Assembly: GCA_964234715.1 (NCBI GenBank)
Contig: OZ174283.1
From: Podarcis melisellensis
Lineage: Eukaryota
Direction: 5' to 3' (one strand)
Length of the DNA stretch: 64,000 bases
The position numbers and the translations under genes are program-made. Below, piece by piece: positions 62,542-64,000 of the stretch (its first letter is position 1; every line of letters starts with the position of its first letter). The notes under the pieces were generated by a model, which saw nothing but the letters and a program-made list of their open reading frames with translations, was not told the DNA's origin and did no database searches.

Positions 62542-63232
62542 CTGGGCAGGAAGCTGAAGGGCCTTGGGGTGCAGGTGGTCTTTTTCAACACTCCTTCCTC
62601 TTGAAGGTCATGCCTCAGGAAGAAAGAGGAAAGAACTAGAAGTAAACTACTGGCTGCACTGGTGTTGATTTCAGGAAATGTTTGGCTTCTTTGACCATGG
62701 TATTTGCTTCCTTGAGGAAGGACTTCTGGCAAGAGATGGGTTATGGGCTCTTGGATACCCCATAAGGGAAAAAAGGGCAGATTTTTGTTTACAACAGTTG
62801 CACATCACAGTAGTGACAAGAATGTGTTTGCTGAGTTCAGAAGAGCTTTAAACTAAATCCTATGGAGGAGCAAGACAGAAGAACACCTGGTATGGGGGAT
62901 AATAGTGTATTTGATGCACAGGAAATTGAGGCAGTGCTCCAGAAACCTGCTGAAGAGCAGGAAACTACAAGGAGGAAGCAGCTGGAGAGAATAACTCATG
63001 GTTTTAGTTGTCTCTATACTAATTCACAGAGTATGGGAAACTACCAAGACAAATTTGAGCTCTTAATACAGGATGGCAAGTATGTCCTAATAGGCATTAC
63101 TGAAACCCAGTGCGATGAGACTCATGACTGGTACATAGAAACTGAAGGAATAGACACAACAGGAAGGGACGAGTATTTATAAAGGATGTGTTCATTTGTG
63201 AAGAGATCCATGACCTGGAGCTTGGAAGGGAT
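62542..63232 (+). mobile_element. CR1 internal fragment (ORF1 end, spacer, ORF2 endonuclease start)
   Basis: LGRKLKGLGVQVVF...FGFFDHGICFLEEGLLARDGL...RRALN* (ORF1) then CLYTNSQSMGN...YVLIGITET..DETHDW (APE domain). Confidence 0.85.
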
Positions 63233-63306
63233 AAAAGTAAAGGTCAAAGCTTATTAGAAATAGAAGCAAAGTGATTAAAATTTTGGATATAGGCTAACAT
63301 GATTTG

Positions 63307-63501
63307 GGGCAAATCCACACCATGCATTTAAAGCACACATTGATCTCATATTTAAAGCACACAACTTCCCCCCAAAATAAACCTGGGAGTTGTAGTTGTC
63401 CCCTTACAGAGCTGCAATTCTCAATATTTTTTAACAAACCACAGTTCCCAGGATTATTTGGTGAAAGCCATATGCTTTAAATGTATGGTGTGGATGTGCC
63501 C
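63307..63501. mobile_element. PIF/Harbinger MITE
   Basis: ~29-bp TIR GGGCAAATCCACACCATGCATTTAAAGCA / TGCTTTAAATGTATGGTGTGGATGTGCCC; TTG/TTA flanks. Confidence 0.8.
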
Positions 63502-64000
63502 TTAATTCCCAACTCACTCAGTCTGGCTTTACCCCTTAGGGTTGTTGTTAGGATAAAATGGATTAACTCCCCCCAAATGCACCCTGAACAATTTGGAGGA
63601 AAGGTGGGGTGGAAATTGTGAAGAAATAAAGAAAATAATATAAATATAAGCAAGTCTTGCAAAATGCTTAAAGCAAACAAGAAGAACAAATATTGACAAT
63701 TACCGGCAGTGTTTTCTTTGAAATATTGTTGCATTCTTGAAATGTATATGGCTAGGTATTCTGCAGTCATTGCTGTAAATATTTACGTTGGAATTAAGTT
63801 CCACTGGGTTCAATTTTGCTTACTCCTGAGTAAGTGAGCATAGGTTTCCCGCCTCTCTATTTTGTGATGTACCCCGAAATTCTCCCTCAATTACACACCA
63901 ATTTCTTATAAAAAGATAGGCATTTAAAATAATGTTATGTTGTAGGTTCATGGGAAATTTGCTTATATTTATTAAAGAGAACGGTTGGAGGAAGAAGAAA

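Overview
This is eukaryotic, AT-rich, CpG-depleted DNA from a squamate reptile, most likely a lacertid lizard (it carries Sauria/Squam1, Squam2 and Squam3 SINEs and Bov-B). I recognise no host protein-coding exon, rRNA, functional tRNA or CRISPR array. The window looks like part of a very large intron or 5' region of an unidentified gene, probably on the + strand. It holds about 50 TE insertions or remnants: Bov-B and another RTE, CR1, L2, L1, Rex1/Babar, Penelope, a probable solo LTR, an AmnSINE1 relic, and hAT, Harbinger and Tc1/mariner-pogo MITEs, many with readable TSDs and several nested. TE-free stretches rich in homeobox motifs resemble conserved enhancers, and a candidate internal promoter/exon cluster lies at about 31-33 kb. 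The most notable object is a young Penelope-like retroelement at 33.6-34.5 kb. It has an uninterrupted GIY-YIG endonuclease frame missed by the ORF track, a minimal dimer-type hammerhead ribozyme, a 13-bp TSD and an inverted, twin-priming-like structure. A decayed second hammerhead lies at about 38.5 kb. Family names come from motif recognition and recalled consensus sequences, not database searches.
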